Shown here piece after piece: positions 36,479 to 49,572 of a stretch of 64,000 bases of DNA; the stretch's first letter is position 1; each line of letters opens with the position of its first letter. The stretch spans positions 36,642,001 to 36,706,000 of the forward strand of contig OX597815.1 in the NCBI GenBank assembly GCA_951406725.2, in the 5' to 3' direction. A program made the translations under genes and the position numbers. Source of the DNA: Octopus vulgaris (taxonomy: Eukaryota). Under the pieces are notes generated by a model, which worked only from the letters and a program-made list of their open reading frames with translations, did not search any database and was not told where the DNA came from.

Positions 36479-37221
36479 TTCAAGAAGATGTTTCATCTTT
36501 TCACTTTTTTTTTGTTTTATTGAAGGTTAAACAATTTTTTTAAGATGAGGGAGATAACCAAACGTACCGATATTCCTCATAGAACTTGGGGAGATAACCC
36601 AATTTTTTAATGGGGGTGAAATAACCAAAAAGTACCAGCAAAAGCATTAATTTATCTGGGAATGAAGAAAAGTTAGAGATATGGATAATTCCATACCTTA
36701 AATATGTCGACACTAACTACCATAATTTCTTTTTGGCTTGCTGATGCTGATGACGTCACTCGACAAGCTAGATTTCGCATTCAGATCTTCCCCAAAATCA
36801 AACTCTTTGAATTCAAGGTTAAATTATAATTAATAGTCCTAGACTCTCAACAGAATAGGTATGGCTATAGCTGATGTGCCTTTGATCATGAGCTTACTCG
36901 ACCAAGGTTGAACTGTGACTAAACAACAACGACCCAAAGGCTAAAGCTAGAATGCTTTCGATTATAGTTTTGCTGAGCTGCTGGAATGACTTCGAGTCAG
37001 ACATGACTTACTTGCAACTCACGAAATCAAAATTTCATGATGCAAGGGAGATAATATACAATATTACCAGAAATAATTACTAATATCGTCCGCAATCATT
37101 CGTAATATAAACTGCAAGCGTAATACTTGATTTTTCTTGATAAAATTTATCTCCACCCCACCCCACCCCATTTTTTTGTTAGTGAGATTGCTATTAATTC
37201 TTTTGCAGCCTCCTATATTAC

Positions 37222-37410
37222 TTTCAAATTTTGGCCCAAAGCCAGCAATTTCGCGGGAGAAGGTAAGTTGATTACATCGACCCCAGCTCAACTGGTACTT
37301 ATTTTATCGACCTTGGAAGGATGAAAGTCGAAGTCCACCCCGGCGGCATTTGAACTCAGAACGCTAAGTCGAAAGAAATGCCGCTATGCATTTTGTCCGG
37401 TGCGGTAACA
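37222..37410 (-). mobile_element. SINE family B
   Basis: Shared body with other copies. Confidence 0.8.
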
Positions 37411-37874
37411 ATTGATTAAAATTTTTGGCACAAAGCCAGCAATTTCAGGGGAGTGGGTTAGTCTATCGCACCACCACCCAGAGCCCTAAAGTGCTGTAAC
37501 CAAATTGTCCACGACTTCGACTACAACAAATGTGTGTATATAAAGTGGGTAACCCTGTGCAGTCCGTACACTCCATACTGTGCTGCCGCCACTACCACTG
37601 CCACCACCGCCATAAACATCTGTACAGTAGCCACCACTACCATCAACAACATAGTTACCGCCACCACCACTACCAACAACAATAACCCATAAGTAAAGAT
37701 TCATAAGACAACGGTACGCATTTATATTATTCTATTATTCACAGTAGGCTTGGCGGGCCATTTTGCTGACACGATACTTCAAACAATCTGAAAGTATTTT
37801 TATTCTTTTGTCGGTAACGTTTTAAAGACACTTGGTTTTAGTATTCTTTGTTAAACTTGATTTCCTGTATGTAC

Positions 37875-38012
37875 CTAATCCACTCACAAGGCTTTGGTCA
37901 GCCCGAGGCTATAGTAGAAGACACTTGCCCAAGATGCCACGCAGTGTGACTGAACCCAGAACCATGTGGTTGGTAAGCCAGCTACTTACTACACAGCCAC
38001 TCTTGCGCCTAT
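37875..38012 (-). mobile_element. SINE family A 5' half
   Basis: tRNA-like head on the minus strand. Confidence 0.85.
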
Positions 38013-38349
38013 AGTAAATTATTAATGTATACCTTTTTCTTTTTTCTTTTCTCAAGGCGCCCAACAGATAGCATTGGTGTTTTTAAAGGCAGAAACTATA
38101 CTTTTGCAGATTTAACTTAAATCTCCATCTGCACGTGTAAAAAAAATTCTGTGAAACATCGCGGAAGAAAGATGCCACATCGCTTTTTAACACAAATGAA
38201 GTTGAGATGCGCTCCTCTACAATTCATGTACCCCATAGATCGCCTGGTAAATAATTTTAACCAACAATGACATTAAACGATGATGATGATGATGCCTCTT
38301 CCCCCTTTCTTGAGATGTTCCGAAATGCAGCATGAATATGTAATATATC

Positions 38350-38722
38350 AGCGTAGCTGTGTGGTAAGAAGTTTGATTCCCAACCGCATGATTTCGGGTT
38401 CACTCCTACTGCGTGGCACTTTCAGCAACTGTCTTCTACTCGAACCTCGAGTCGGCCAAAGCTTTGTGAATAGAATTGGTACACGGAAACTGAAAAGAGG
38501 CGGGTCGTGTGTGTGTGTGCTTGTGTTTGTTCCTCACCACAGCTTGACAACCGGTGTTGGTTTGTTTACGTTCACGTAACTTAGCCGTTCGGCGAAAGAG
38601 GCTGATAGAATAAGTACCAGATTTTAAGAATTAAGTACCGTGGTCGATCTATTCAACTAAAACCCTTCAAGGTGGTGCCCCAGCATGGCCGCAGTCCAAT
38701 GACTGAAACAAGTAAAAGATGA
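38350..38722 (+). mobile_element. Older full-length SINE family A variant
   Basis: Head, body and GGTGGTGCCCCAGCATGGCCGCAGTC tail. Confidence 0.85.
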
Positions 38723-38839
38723 AAAATTGCGACTTCCAGATTATAAAACAGAGTACACTGGTACTAAAGTTGAGCCAAAGTACGGTGGTGTTTCGTAAGA
38801 TGAAAGAGTTATCTCCCATGAACTTCTGTTGACAACTTC

Positions 38840-38853
38840 GTTGCTATAGTAAC
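38840..38853. promoter_or_regulatory. Candidate RFX X-box
   Basis: GTTGCTATAGTAAC fits the palindromic RFX consensus GTTGCCATGGCAAC. Confidence 0.3.
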
Positions 38854-39447
38854 AGACAGCTTCATTTAGATTTAATAGAAATACTTATAAAAACACAATA
38901 TCTTCAGTTTATTCACATTTTTGGGTCTTCATTATTTATTTTTTTAAAATTATGCCTCACTACTTCGATTGAATTTTAGCAAATCTCATATTTCTTCTTT
39001 CATACACAAAATCTTGCGAATGAAACTTCTACAGAGACAAGGCATTAGGTGCAAATTTCCAGTTTTTTTCCAGTCCCAAAAGGAAATTCGAATCTAATTA
39101 AATGTCTGTGCAGGTTTTCCCTTCGTTTTCTCGGGGAATTTTCTCTGCATATCTATATTACTGTGAGTTGAAGTCTTAACTAGAGACAGTTGGACAAGAA
39201 CCCCACGGATCTAATGATCATATGCTAACCCGAAAGAATGCCAAAATAAATACTATAGGAACCATTGTGTTGTTTTGTTGGGGTGGTGGTGGTGGTGGTG
39301 GTGGTGGTAGTGGTGATGATGATGGTGATGGCTATAATACTTTTAAGATGGTCTCGGCTCATAGAGAAAAATGATTTATATGTCTAGCCCCCATCTTCCA
39401 ATCTAAACCTCTCAGACCTTAGCGTACCCCTAAAGACAAATTTAATT

Positions 39448-40304
39448 GGGGCAAAATGAGTAAGTCAGAGTATGGTAAATTTGTCGCTTCAGTTTTCCAT
39501 AATTACGTTTGAAAAAGGACTCATACACGTCAATATACATTCCTTAAACATCAGAAAGATCAGAAATGCAAGAAAAATTTTAAATACCTAGGTAAAATGA
39601 AAGAGCATCTTGAAAAAATGGTACATGATATGAAATTAAGGAAACCCGACTAAATCTAAAAACTCAGCATGAAATATTCTCTATAGCTTCTTCATGATCT
39701 GCTGGAATGGCTTTCTTCCTGATATATTCACGCACCATGCCGTTAAAAAGAAGAAATTGAAATTAGTCATTACTCATTTTGCCCCGCTTTAGACGCCAGG
39801 TTTTGAAAATTGAAAATTATCAAATTAGTCATGAGTGTGGGATAAATAGATTTGGAATCCAACAGAGAAAAGTATTATTATTGTTAAACACCGAGTATTA
39901 TTAAAATATTATATTGGTAACCTCAATTACAATCGGGTGAAACACTGGATGATAAAGGTCCCGAGGTCCGTAATGTTTTCACTGTGTGTAGTTCATGTCT
40001 TGCAGGAGAGTGGAAAGCAGTTTTTTCTTTAACGTAAACTACATCACCAGTCTTCAGTTATCAATCATCAGCTCAATGGGAAAATTTCTTGAAACAAAGT
40101 ACCTATCAGCTGTTTCAAACTATTTCAACAACAACAGCTATGCCGACCAACTTTTACTAATAAAGGTGATGCAATAGTAGAAAATGACGATGCAATACTT
40201 GCAGTGTAGCAATTTTAGACAAGTAGGAAAAAGAAAAGCAAAAAATCGGAAATGACACATTTTACACCACATATCCATCTTGTCCTATTTACCCATTTTG
40301 CCCC
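39448..40304 (-). mobile_element. Deleted pogo-like DNA transposon remnant
   Basis: GGGGCAAAATGAGTAA (39448) is inverted at 39770-39785 and, with one mismatch, at 40289-40304. Short MVREYIRKK.. ORF at 39738-39664 resembles pogo-type transposase starts. Confidence 0.5.
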
Positions 40305-40496
40305 ACTCCTGCATGTTTCAGCGAAATCCAAGAGCCGATCATGGATAACGGAAAACTTATAATAAGATGAGATGTTAGATCTTATTTTAAGGTGCTATCA
40401 AAGTGAAAGTAAAATAGGAAAGGAATGAGGTTAAAAAAAGGCAAACAACTCAACAAAACTAAACAAAAAGAAAAAAACAGGAATGATGGCAGTTAA

Positions 40497-40882
40497 TCTC
40501 TCTCTATATAAACGGCAGTTTGTCTGTGCGTGTTTCTGTGTGTCTGTTTTCTCGTACCCTCACCCTGACCACGGCTTTCAACCGATTCTGATGAAACTTG
40601 ACACACACATAGCCCAATGTCATAATTCAAAACTAACGCAGCGAAAATTTTGAAAAGTTCCCCCAGTTCTGAAAATAATCGATAAATTCGACATGGGGTC
40701 CAGAATCAAAAGAAACAAACCACAGACTGTCTAGGGGACGCAACTCAAACTTTTTTTACTCTCAAAAAAAAATTTACCATCATTTTTTTCCATTTTTTTG
40801 CTATTTTTTGGCTATAACTCTCTAAAAATGCTTTATAGTTATTTCCCTTACAAACCTGAGCAACGCCGGGCGATACTGCTAG
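40497..40882 (+). mobile_element. Non-autonomous Helitron
   Basis: 5' TC start, subterminal hairpin CCTGAGCAACGCCGGG, CTAG end, inserted between A and T without a TSD. Confidence 0.8.
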
Positions 40883-41149
40883 TATAGGAATAAAGTGAAA
40901 GCAAGATCTATATTTCATTCACGTGCTATTAATGTGTAGGGTTGCAGATGTTGTAATTGAAGTACGCCACTTCAAAGTAATATACCTATCAACTTATACC
41001 ACAGAAACGATATTCAGGGGTATGTGACTCGATGCATGTTAACACGGTTAACGTCCAGTCGAAAGTGGCTGCTCTTGAGCAACTGCTGAAAAATATTGAA
41101 ACTATCGAACCCTATCGAGGTTTTTTCATACTAAGGAATTTATCTCTCT

Positions 41150-42760
41150 ATATTTGCACAGAGTCAGCTCATCTTACTGATTCCCATCGTGCCTCCAACG
41201 CTTCGACAACTTAATCTTTGAGAGACTCGAATGCTTAGTCAATGTCAGACTCTTTCTAACATCCTGGGATCAGGCTGCATTGGCCAAGCGATTTGGAGGC
41301 CTTGATCTTCGTAAGTGTTCGTCCCTCTCTCTCCTCTTTTACTTGTTTCAGTCATTTGACTGCGGCCATGCTGGAGCACTGCCTTTAGTCGAGCGAATCG
41401 ACCCCAGCACTTATTCTTTGGAAGCCAAGTACTTATTCTATCGGTCACTTTTGCCGAACCGCTAGGTTACAGGGACGTAAACACACCAGCATCGGTTGTC
41501 AAGCGATGTTGGGGGGACAAACACAGACACACACACACACACATACATATATACAACGGGCTTCTTTTAGTTTCCATCTACCAAATCCACTCACAAGGCT
41601 TTGGTCGGCCCGAGGCTATAGTAGAAGATACTTGCCCAAGGTGCCACGCAGTGGGAATGAACCCAGAACCATGTGGTTTGTAAGCAAGCTACTTACCACA
41701 CAGCCACTCCTGCACCTATACTGCTTCGTTTTCCATCCACGCCTGCTCCACCCTGGTGAGCAACATCGTCTCCTCTCCAACATGGACCAGTTCCAACAGA
41801 GAGTTGGATGAAGCTCTCCAACACTGGAGGGAATTGGACTTGTCTGCTCCTAAGAAGATGGTAGACTGTCGGAGTCAGAGAGCGTGGGACAACATAATTT
41901 CGGAAGCCACCTTCGACTCTCTCTTCATCCAGTCGGACCAGTTTTTAAGATGCCGCCAAAATACTCAAGCAACTGGATAGATGCAATCTCTGTGGCTAAT
42001 GTTGGTGGCCTAATCAGCTTGGACGAACTTCGTGTCTCCATTGGCCTCAGAGTGGGAGCTGACGTATGCACGGTTTTGATCTGTCGTTGTGGAAGGCTCC
42101 TCGACTCCACAGGCCTCTATGGCCTTTCTTGTCGCCTGAATGCTGGTCGCTTCGCGCGTCATACGCAGTTGAAACTGAAACTCAAGAGAAGCTTGGTCCG
42201 CGCAAACATCTCCTCAATCTTGGAACCATCTGGGTTGTCCAGATGTGATGGGAAGAGACCAGACGGTCTCACCCTGTGTCCCTGGTCGCAAGGCAGATGC
42301 CTTGTCTGGGATGTCACAGTTAGCGACTCCTTTGCTTCTTCTCACATCCTGGATGTTGCGGTCAGGGCGAGATTCACAATTTCTGCGACGGAGTGGAACA
42401 AAACCCTGCAATACCACGATCTATCGGCCAACTACAGCTTCCATTCTGTGGCATTCGAGATGTTTGGTGTGGTCGGACCCCTAATTGCGAGATTCCTGTC
42501 TTCACTGGCAACTCGCCTTGCAGAGGTAACTGGTAAGGCACTTGAGGGCGCTTGACTGTTCCAATGCATCAGCCTATCCATAACCTTCGACAGCGCTGAG
42601 TGAGGTTTCCCAGCGCCCCCAACTGTTCAACCTAAGGTGGCGAATGGTTTGGGTTTTTCTTTTTTCTTTTTAATTGTTTCAACTGTGTTCTCTGTTTTGT
42701 CCAGTTTTCTCATTTAATTTTGTAAAACAGTAAACACTGTGAAGGCAATAAAGTTTTCAC
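41150..42760 (+). mobile_element. CRE-clade non-LTR retrotransposon 3' fragment interrupted by a SINE
   Basis: SWDQAALAKRFGGLDLR at 41262-41312. ORF 41884-42555 has CRCG..SC..RH and RLE motifs EPSGLSRCDGKRPDG, PW, LVWDVT, AFEMFG. AATAAA near 42748. Confidence 0.8.
41332..41720 (-). mobile_element. Full-length SINE family A nested in the CRE element
   Basis: Complete head-to-tail match to other copies. Confidence 0.9.
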
Positions 42761-43119
42761 AGACGTAATTATAAAAGAATCTACAACTGAACGAAATGGC
42801 TATCATCGAATTCGATGAACTACCATAAAACTACTACCTACTTTTAGGAGAAATATTTCGTTATAAGTCTCCTTACTATCATTTATTAGCTTGTTTTATC
42901 GACGTTCTAGGCAGTTTAGGGCAAATATATTTCTTCACTTATTTATTTCATATGCTGGTGATTGCCATCATTATCATTTAGCGATCAAATATACGAATCG
43001 TAAAAAAGTACAAAAACAGGATACACACAAACATGCAGGAAGTAAATAGACAACTTTAATTTTCATAATTTTTTATTTGATATTAATTGGTTCAAGAAGA
43101 GGTTTACAAGAACAGGATA

Positions 43120-43700
43120 CACACAAACATGCAGGAAGTAAATAGACAACTTTAATTTTCATAATTTTTTATTTGATATTAATTGGTTCAAGAAGAGGTT
43201 TTCTTCTAGCTGCCCGTCCATAATACCCAAGCTTATTCAGATATGTAACACACGTTCTTGGACTAACTTCTAGCTGTTTTGCAATGTCAGAAGCCTTCGA
43301 ACGGGGTTCGTTTTCCACAATTCTATTCAAACAGCGAAGCTTCCTTTCCGAGGGCCCAGGTCGGCCGGGACGAGAATCTGTTGATTCTTTTCCTTGGCTT
43401 TTGAATTGCACTATAAGTCTATTAACAGTAACAAGAGGAATTTGAAGATTTTCGGCAATTTTTCGCTGGCTAAGACCAGCCTCGGATTGCCCAACAATAC
43501 GACCTCTTTGAAAATCTGACAGTTGGGCTGAATTTTTTGTGCGTGGCATGGTTACTCTTCGCAAATGTTTAATATAATGGCACCTGGAATGAAAAAGAAT
43601 AATTACATTGTAAATTCTACACCGCTGAAAACATATTAAGACGCTTAGATTAAAAAGTTTGAAAATTAAAGGTGTCTATTTACATCCTGCATGTGTGTGT
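43120..43700 (-). mobile_element. Internally deleted Tc1 transposon retaining only the HTH region
   Basis: MPRTKNSAQLSDFQRGRIVG..SQRKIA..RPGRP..ARRKPLL. TIRs ACATGCAGGA.GTAAATAGACA at both ends. No DDE domain. Confidence 0.82.
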
Positions 43701-43723
43701 GTGTGTGTGTGCGTGCGCGCGTA

Positions 43724-43768
<45 letters not shown>

Positions 43769-43780
43769 ATGTGTGTGTGT

Positions 43781-43818
<38 letters not shown>

Positions 43819-45204
43819 ATTTGCACGCACGTAGGTATGTGTTTGACTATTCGGCTCTCTCGATCAGATGAAAGACAATGCCAGCAATCACCAGTACATG
43901 AAAAAGATTTTTGAAATAATAAATAAATATTTTTTCCCTTGAACTGCCGCCGGATCCATTCCCTGTAAGGTCACTTTCCTTTCCGTTCAAATTCCTTTTG
44001 AAAAGATATGAAAGTCACAAACTCTTATTGCTCACCTCCTATATGCAAAAACTTAAATATTCATTAAACGCCACCACATCATTTTCAAACAAGAAATTTA
44101 CGAGCTTCACCACCCCTTTCAGATTTTATATATTTCTTATTAATTTTGTATAACGGTAAACACTCTAATATAATAAATATCAGTAGAAAAAAAAAAAAAA
44201 AATTCAGAATAATAACGATATTCTGCTAGATGCCTTAATTTATTCATATATCAACGAAGTTGACTCTCATAATCCAGAATTAATAAAGCGACGATCCAAT
44301 CGACTGTAAGTTGTACAAAAATTGCCTTGGATCATAAATAGCAGATGGTCAAAGATAGTTGCAGAAATGCGACCAAGCTGATGGCTGTTAATAAATCGAG
44401 TCTCGAATCAGCCAAACAGCCAACCGAGCAATCACCCTTCAAGCTATTACTTCTCCTCTCAAAATGTTACCAAGACCTCACGCAAATCACACCCAACCGT
44501 CTGAAAACAATGTAGTTCTACAAATATCGAATAAAAGACCGGAGGGTAACGGCTAAAATGCCTTTGACCCTAGTTCGGGTTGCTCAAGGCTGACTTCGGG
44601 CTGAACAGCTATTTCGTTTTTTTGAATTTTCCCTTCAATTCAGATTAATTTCCTCATGCATAAACACGTTATTTTTAAAGATGTGCGACTTACTCGAACG
44701 AAAAAAAGTTAAGTTGACCCCTACGGGATTTGAACTCACAACCAAGAGGGGTGAGGGTGGGGGAATCTACCCTATCGCTGCAAGGCATTTTTTTCGGCGA
44801 TCTTGTCTTAATCTCGCTTTTTATGGTTTTTCTCAATGAAATATAACGTTTTATCCCTTACTGTTCTTCGATTGATATAATTTTCACAGCAAAATTTACT
44901 TGAAGATATTACTTCGATTATGTTGACAACAAAACAGCAATGCCTAACGGTAGAATTTAGATATAACCCCTTCTCTCTCTTTTTTTCTTTTTGTTTGTTT
45001 TCTTTCGCTATCTCTAGCTTTCTCATACCTTATTCTTACTTTCCATATCACCCTCTCACTTTCTATTCCTCCCCGACCCATCATATCATGTGTTTTTATC
45101 GTATTCGTCCGTTCTTCTTCTCTCTCCTTCTCTCTCTCTAGCCGTATTTTGAGGTCTGCTTCTGTGCGTTGGAGGAAGGATAGGGAGGACAATAACAACA
45201 AGTT

Positions 45205-45260
45205 ATAATCAACCAATCAATGTATCACTAGTGGTTGTGACGTCACTTCCGTAAACAACA
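45205..45260. promoter_or_regulatory. Candidate promoter core: CCAAT box plus overlapping CRE/ETS composite
   Basis: CCAAT at 45213-45217, GTGACGTCACTTCCG at 45237-45251, overlapping GTAAACA. Lies in a TE-poor, CpG-retaining stretch. Confidence 0.55.
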
Positions 45261-45831
45261 TTTGAGCGTTAGTTTGTGTGCTCTTATGCCCATCATAATT
45301 ACATCGCATATGTATACCACCACACATATATATATACTTACATGTATGTTTAGATAAGAGGGCAATGGTTTTGTAGAATCAACTCAACTTCGACATATAG
45401 ATCCCCCCTAAATGTGTACCCTATATATATAAATGTTTGAAACGTAGTTTGTAGTTCGTAAAAATGTTCTAACGTCAACTAAATCTAAAACCAACCAGCC
45501 AGCCAACCGACCGACCAACCCACCAACCAGCCTTTTGTTGTGTTTTAAAAAATAACCAATCAACAAAACCAAAAACAAAAAAACAACAGAACCACGATAA
45601 TCATTCACAGAACGCCAAGTCGAGCAAGGCATATACTATATTGTGTACGTTCGACAGCAAAAACAAAACAAAAACCAAAGCTTTATTTCATTTCAAAAAT
45701 TTATAGCATATTCCATTTTTCATGTCTCAAAGAACCAAAATATAAGTCAGAATAATAATAATAAGTCTTCTTGAATTATTGTGGTTCCGTGTGGGTTAAA
45801 TTTACCTTACTCTGCTCCCCCAGGAAAAATA

Positions 45832-45840
45832 CAGGTGAGT
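45832..45840 (+). other. Candidate 5' splice donor of a first (non-coding) exon
   Basis: Consensus CAG|GTGAGT ~600 bp downstream of the promoter motifs. Confidence 0.35.
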
Positions 45841-47827
45841 GAGGTCGAAATGGTTCCTTCTATGTTGTATTAGACCGACCAGATTAAGACTTTACGAAGT
45901 GACTTGTAGATTGTTTTGAAATTAGCTCATTTGTTATCTGTTGCTGGCTCGTCTATCTATTTATATTTTGTTTTGTGTGTGTGGTCTTTGTAAAAGAACA
46001 ATGTCGATTTCTATTGTCTTGGAGTAAGGCCAGTTTTGTTTTTGTTTGGAAAGAAGAGTTTATAAAAATCACCCCCATCGGTCTTTGAGAGATGAAAGCT
46101 GAAGGCAAACATTGTGAGATTTGAACTATATTCAAGGATCGCCTTCTGCCTAAAATATAGGAAGACGATGCTAAACGTTTTATGGTTGTTTCAGCATTTT
46201 TTTTTTTTTTTACTGGGCATAGTGAAAGAGAGATGAAAGTTGTGATGATTATACTTTTCCTATATTGTAAGGATCATAAAGTGTAATATATACATGAATA
46301 GCATCTGCCAAGACTATAAAGCTCATGTTGGTGTTTCGGAGACTTGGCAGGTGGAACCCTTATATGATAAAAACGGTTCCAATTCTGGCTCAGAACCGAA
46401 ATCGTGTGTTGAGATATGTTTGTTTCTTTTTTTATACAAAGTGGCATATTTCTAGGGGGTGTAGAAGTGAGTGTGTTGCTTATACCTTTACATATGCAAT
46501 ACTAAATGAAAGGAATGGCTTCAGCTGCGATTCATAACCGTTTATGTAGAAATTTATTTATTTGTTTATCTCAGCTAATTCGAAGTCAGTTTAGATCGAG
46601 CAGATTTTTAAAATAATCCTTCGTTTTTTAGAGAATGAAGGGCAATTTAGCTGTTATTTCGATTTATGTATATAGTCCTTCGTTGACTCGTGTCTAGAAA
46701 TACTTTTCAGTGGTAGTAGAAGAGCTGCCACCCCCCCTCTCTCTCTCTCTCGGGTATTTTACCCCTTTACGTTACAATACAATTCTGTTTTTCTCATTGC
46801 AAAAGCTTTTGCAGACTGTTTAAACTGAATATATAAAATTGAAATGGTTCACTATTTTAATTTCGATATTATCCTGAAACTGTCTTAAATTGAAATACCA
46901 CTTTTTATGATGTTATTCTTAAGGCATGATGGGGTGTGAAAAAATTGGCGTGTTGAGACCTGCCAAAACAGAAACTAAAAGATCGTTCCCCCAAATTCAA
47001 AAATAAACTGAAAAAACAAAAACACACACACTTTTGAATCGCACTCCAAAACTTAATTAGTATCTTCCTATATATGTGACTGACTTTTTGCTTCAATTAT
47101 ATTTATGTCCGTCTATAAATGTACTTATCTATGTGTCTGACTAGTCATATATATCTGTGTGGTAGTAAATGAAGGACATATTATTAACACATATGAGTCC
47201 TGTTGTGCTTATGCATTGAGGGTTTAGACGATGAATCTTTTCTGGACAGAAAATCGGTTCATAGAAAATAATATTCCTGAAAGAACTGGCTCCAACGTTT
47301 AGACAGAACAAAGGATATTATATGAATAAATAAACCTGCTATGGATTTGAACTCTTGACCAACTAGCTGGTAGACACACAAAGAAAGAGAGGAGGGTGTT
47401 TACGAATGAATGGAATAGAAACGTCCTATAACCTTAAATGGATCGTTCGGCCTTTTCTCTTCTTCGTCTCCGAGCTACTACACACGAATGCTAAGTGTAT
47501 GGAACTGAATCAACCAGATATCGAACTTGTACCACAGGCTCTGATCGCATGTATGTATTATACTAGAATGTGGAATGTCTGACACCTAACACATAGAATT
47601 CCTAGTCCAGCTCATAAACGCATTTCTAAATTTATAGAACAACTGCTCGGAAGTTCCGTTTTTTTTTTATAAGATTTATTTAGTTTCTATGACTTTTATT
47701 CTTGCATTCTTTTAGAAAACATTATGCTGTTATGGAAACAATTTTAACATAACATCGACGTAACACACATACACACGGGTGTGTATGTGTGTATATATAT
47801 ATATGTGTGTGTGTGTATCTACGTATT

Positions 47828-48178
47828 GGTTTGAAATTTTGGTACTAGGTCAGCAATTTCGAGAAGGGGACTAGTCGATTACATCGATCCAAGTACCCGG
47901 AAGGATGAAATGCCAATTCTACATCGGGGTCAGTTGAACTCAGAACGTAAAGTCGGAAGAAATGCCAATATGCATTTTGTCCGGGTGTGGTGACGATTTG
48001 CCAGCTCGCCGCTTTCTATATTGTGTAATATTGGTTTCAATTTTTAGCTGAATGCCAGCAATTTCCAGGGGGTGGGGTAAGTCGATTATATCAACAGGTA
48101 CTTCGAAAGGCAAAGTCGACCTCGGCGGAATTTGAACGCAGATCGTAAAACGGACGAAATGCCGCTAAGCATTTTCCC
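47828..48178 (-). mobile_element. Two SINE family B copies
   Basis: Shared body with other copies; CpGs largely retained. Confidence 0.8.
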
Positions 48179-49572
48179 CATCTTTTAGCCCTCAAGTCTT
48201 GACGGAGCAGATCTGTGATCAAAGGCATTCGGACCATGATTAACCAGTCTTTTTACCGATCACTGTGTATCTAAGACTAGACTTATATAATCCAGTGTTT
48301 CCTTCCTTTTGAAGGTGGAACTTACCCTTTTTGTATGTGTTCGCTTGTTTTATTTCTCGACAATTATCTCCGACTTTCTGAGAAGTGGTCTCCTAATTTG
48401 ACTAGCATGAGGGGAACATTTACCCAGAAAGGCTAATAGTCGGGTTTATTATCTTTTTAGGAGGATATCTAATTTATTAATTCATGTTTTCATATTAAAA
48501 TATATTCGTATCAATGCTTCAGTAACATATTTCCTTGTTTGTGTTTACTGTTTAGTATTGCCGCAGTCTGTTACTGATTGATTTAATACCACTCGAAGGT
48601 GTTTATGTCCGAATTCTTAAATAAACAAGACACCGGAGCAACACACATGCTCATGAGTCATCAAAGACGCTGCTATGTGGTTGCTCGATATGCTAGAAAT
48701 AACAGCCAACTTGCCCTGCCGTCTTAAAAATAATACATTTTGGATTTTGATGCAATGTCTGAAAATGAGGAGCCCTTTTGATTAATCGTCTGCTCAATTC
48801 AGATCTGTCCTGGAGCTAAACAAGAGGAAAACATTTCTAAATTTAGTCCAAATGTAAAAGATTATAGGCCAATGTTTTGAAAAACGCAGAAGTACACTTC
48901 GTGAACCGTTGACTTGCCTGATTAGTAAAATTTAGTTTTTGGATTAACGTTTTTCCTTTAAAGTAAACAATCAGTGTGCTGCAAAGTCATGAATATTTAG
49001 TCTGAGTGCAAATATCCTGGCTGACAGTCGACTAATTGAAAGTTATAATTTAATTATCAATCCCAGCTGTTTGTTTCTTCCCCCTCTCACTACCTCATTC
49101 CAAAATAGAATTTGGCCAAATTACCCTGCTTTTTATTCTATGAACCTTGTAGTTTTAGCTGTTAGAGTACAGTGACCATTTCTGACCCTGTTTTACTGAA
49201 TCTATACCCTCACCTCTATCGGAATATTACATAATTCTTCAACTCTTTATTATTGTTTATGTTGTGTACGCCTCAGGTTAACGTCCTCTTGAGTGCTTGC
49301 TCATAACGAACAATTGTGTATGAGTATGTGACGATGTAAATGTGTATCAGATTAAAAAGGAAACAGCATTCACTGTACGTCTATTGTGATAGTGTGTTAA
49401 TTCGGTTAATATTTCTCTTTAATTAGTCTTTCTGTAATTGAATTTAATTAGTATTTCTTTTTAACACTGAGTAAATGTTTGTGTCATACGTAAATGTCTG
49501 TGTATATATGTGAATGTTTGTGTATATACGTTTATGTACATATGTGTATCTATTATATGTGTTTATTCCTGT

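Noticed and set aside
41506-41811. Recurrent ORFs such as LPKVPRSGTEPRTMWLVSKLLTTQP
   Set aside because: These are antisense translations of SINE A, not a gene family.
43845-44040. Possible minus-strand coding exon (MDPAAVQG.. or NGSGGSSRE..)
   Set aside because: All frames stop quickly, there is no consistent splice pair and I recognise no homology.
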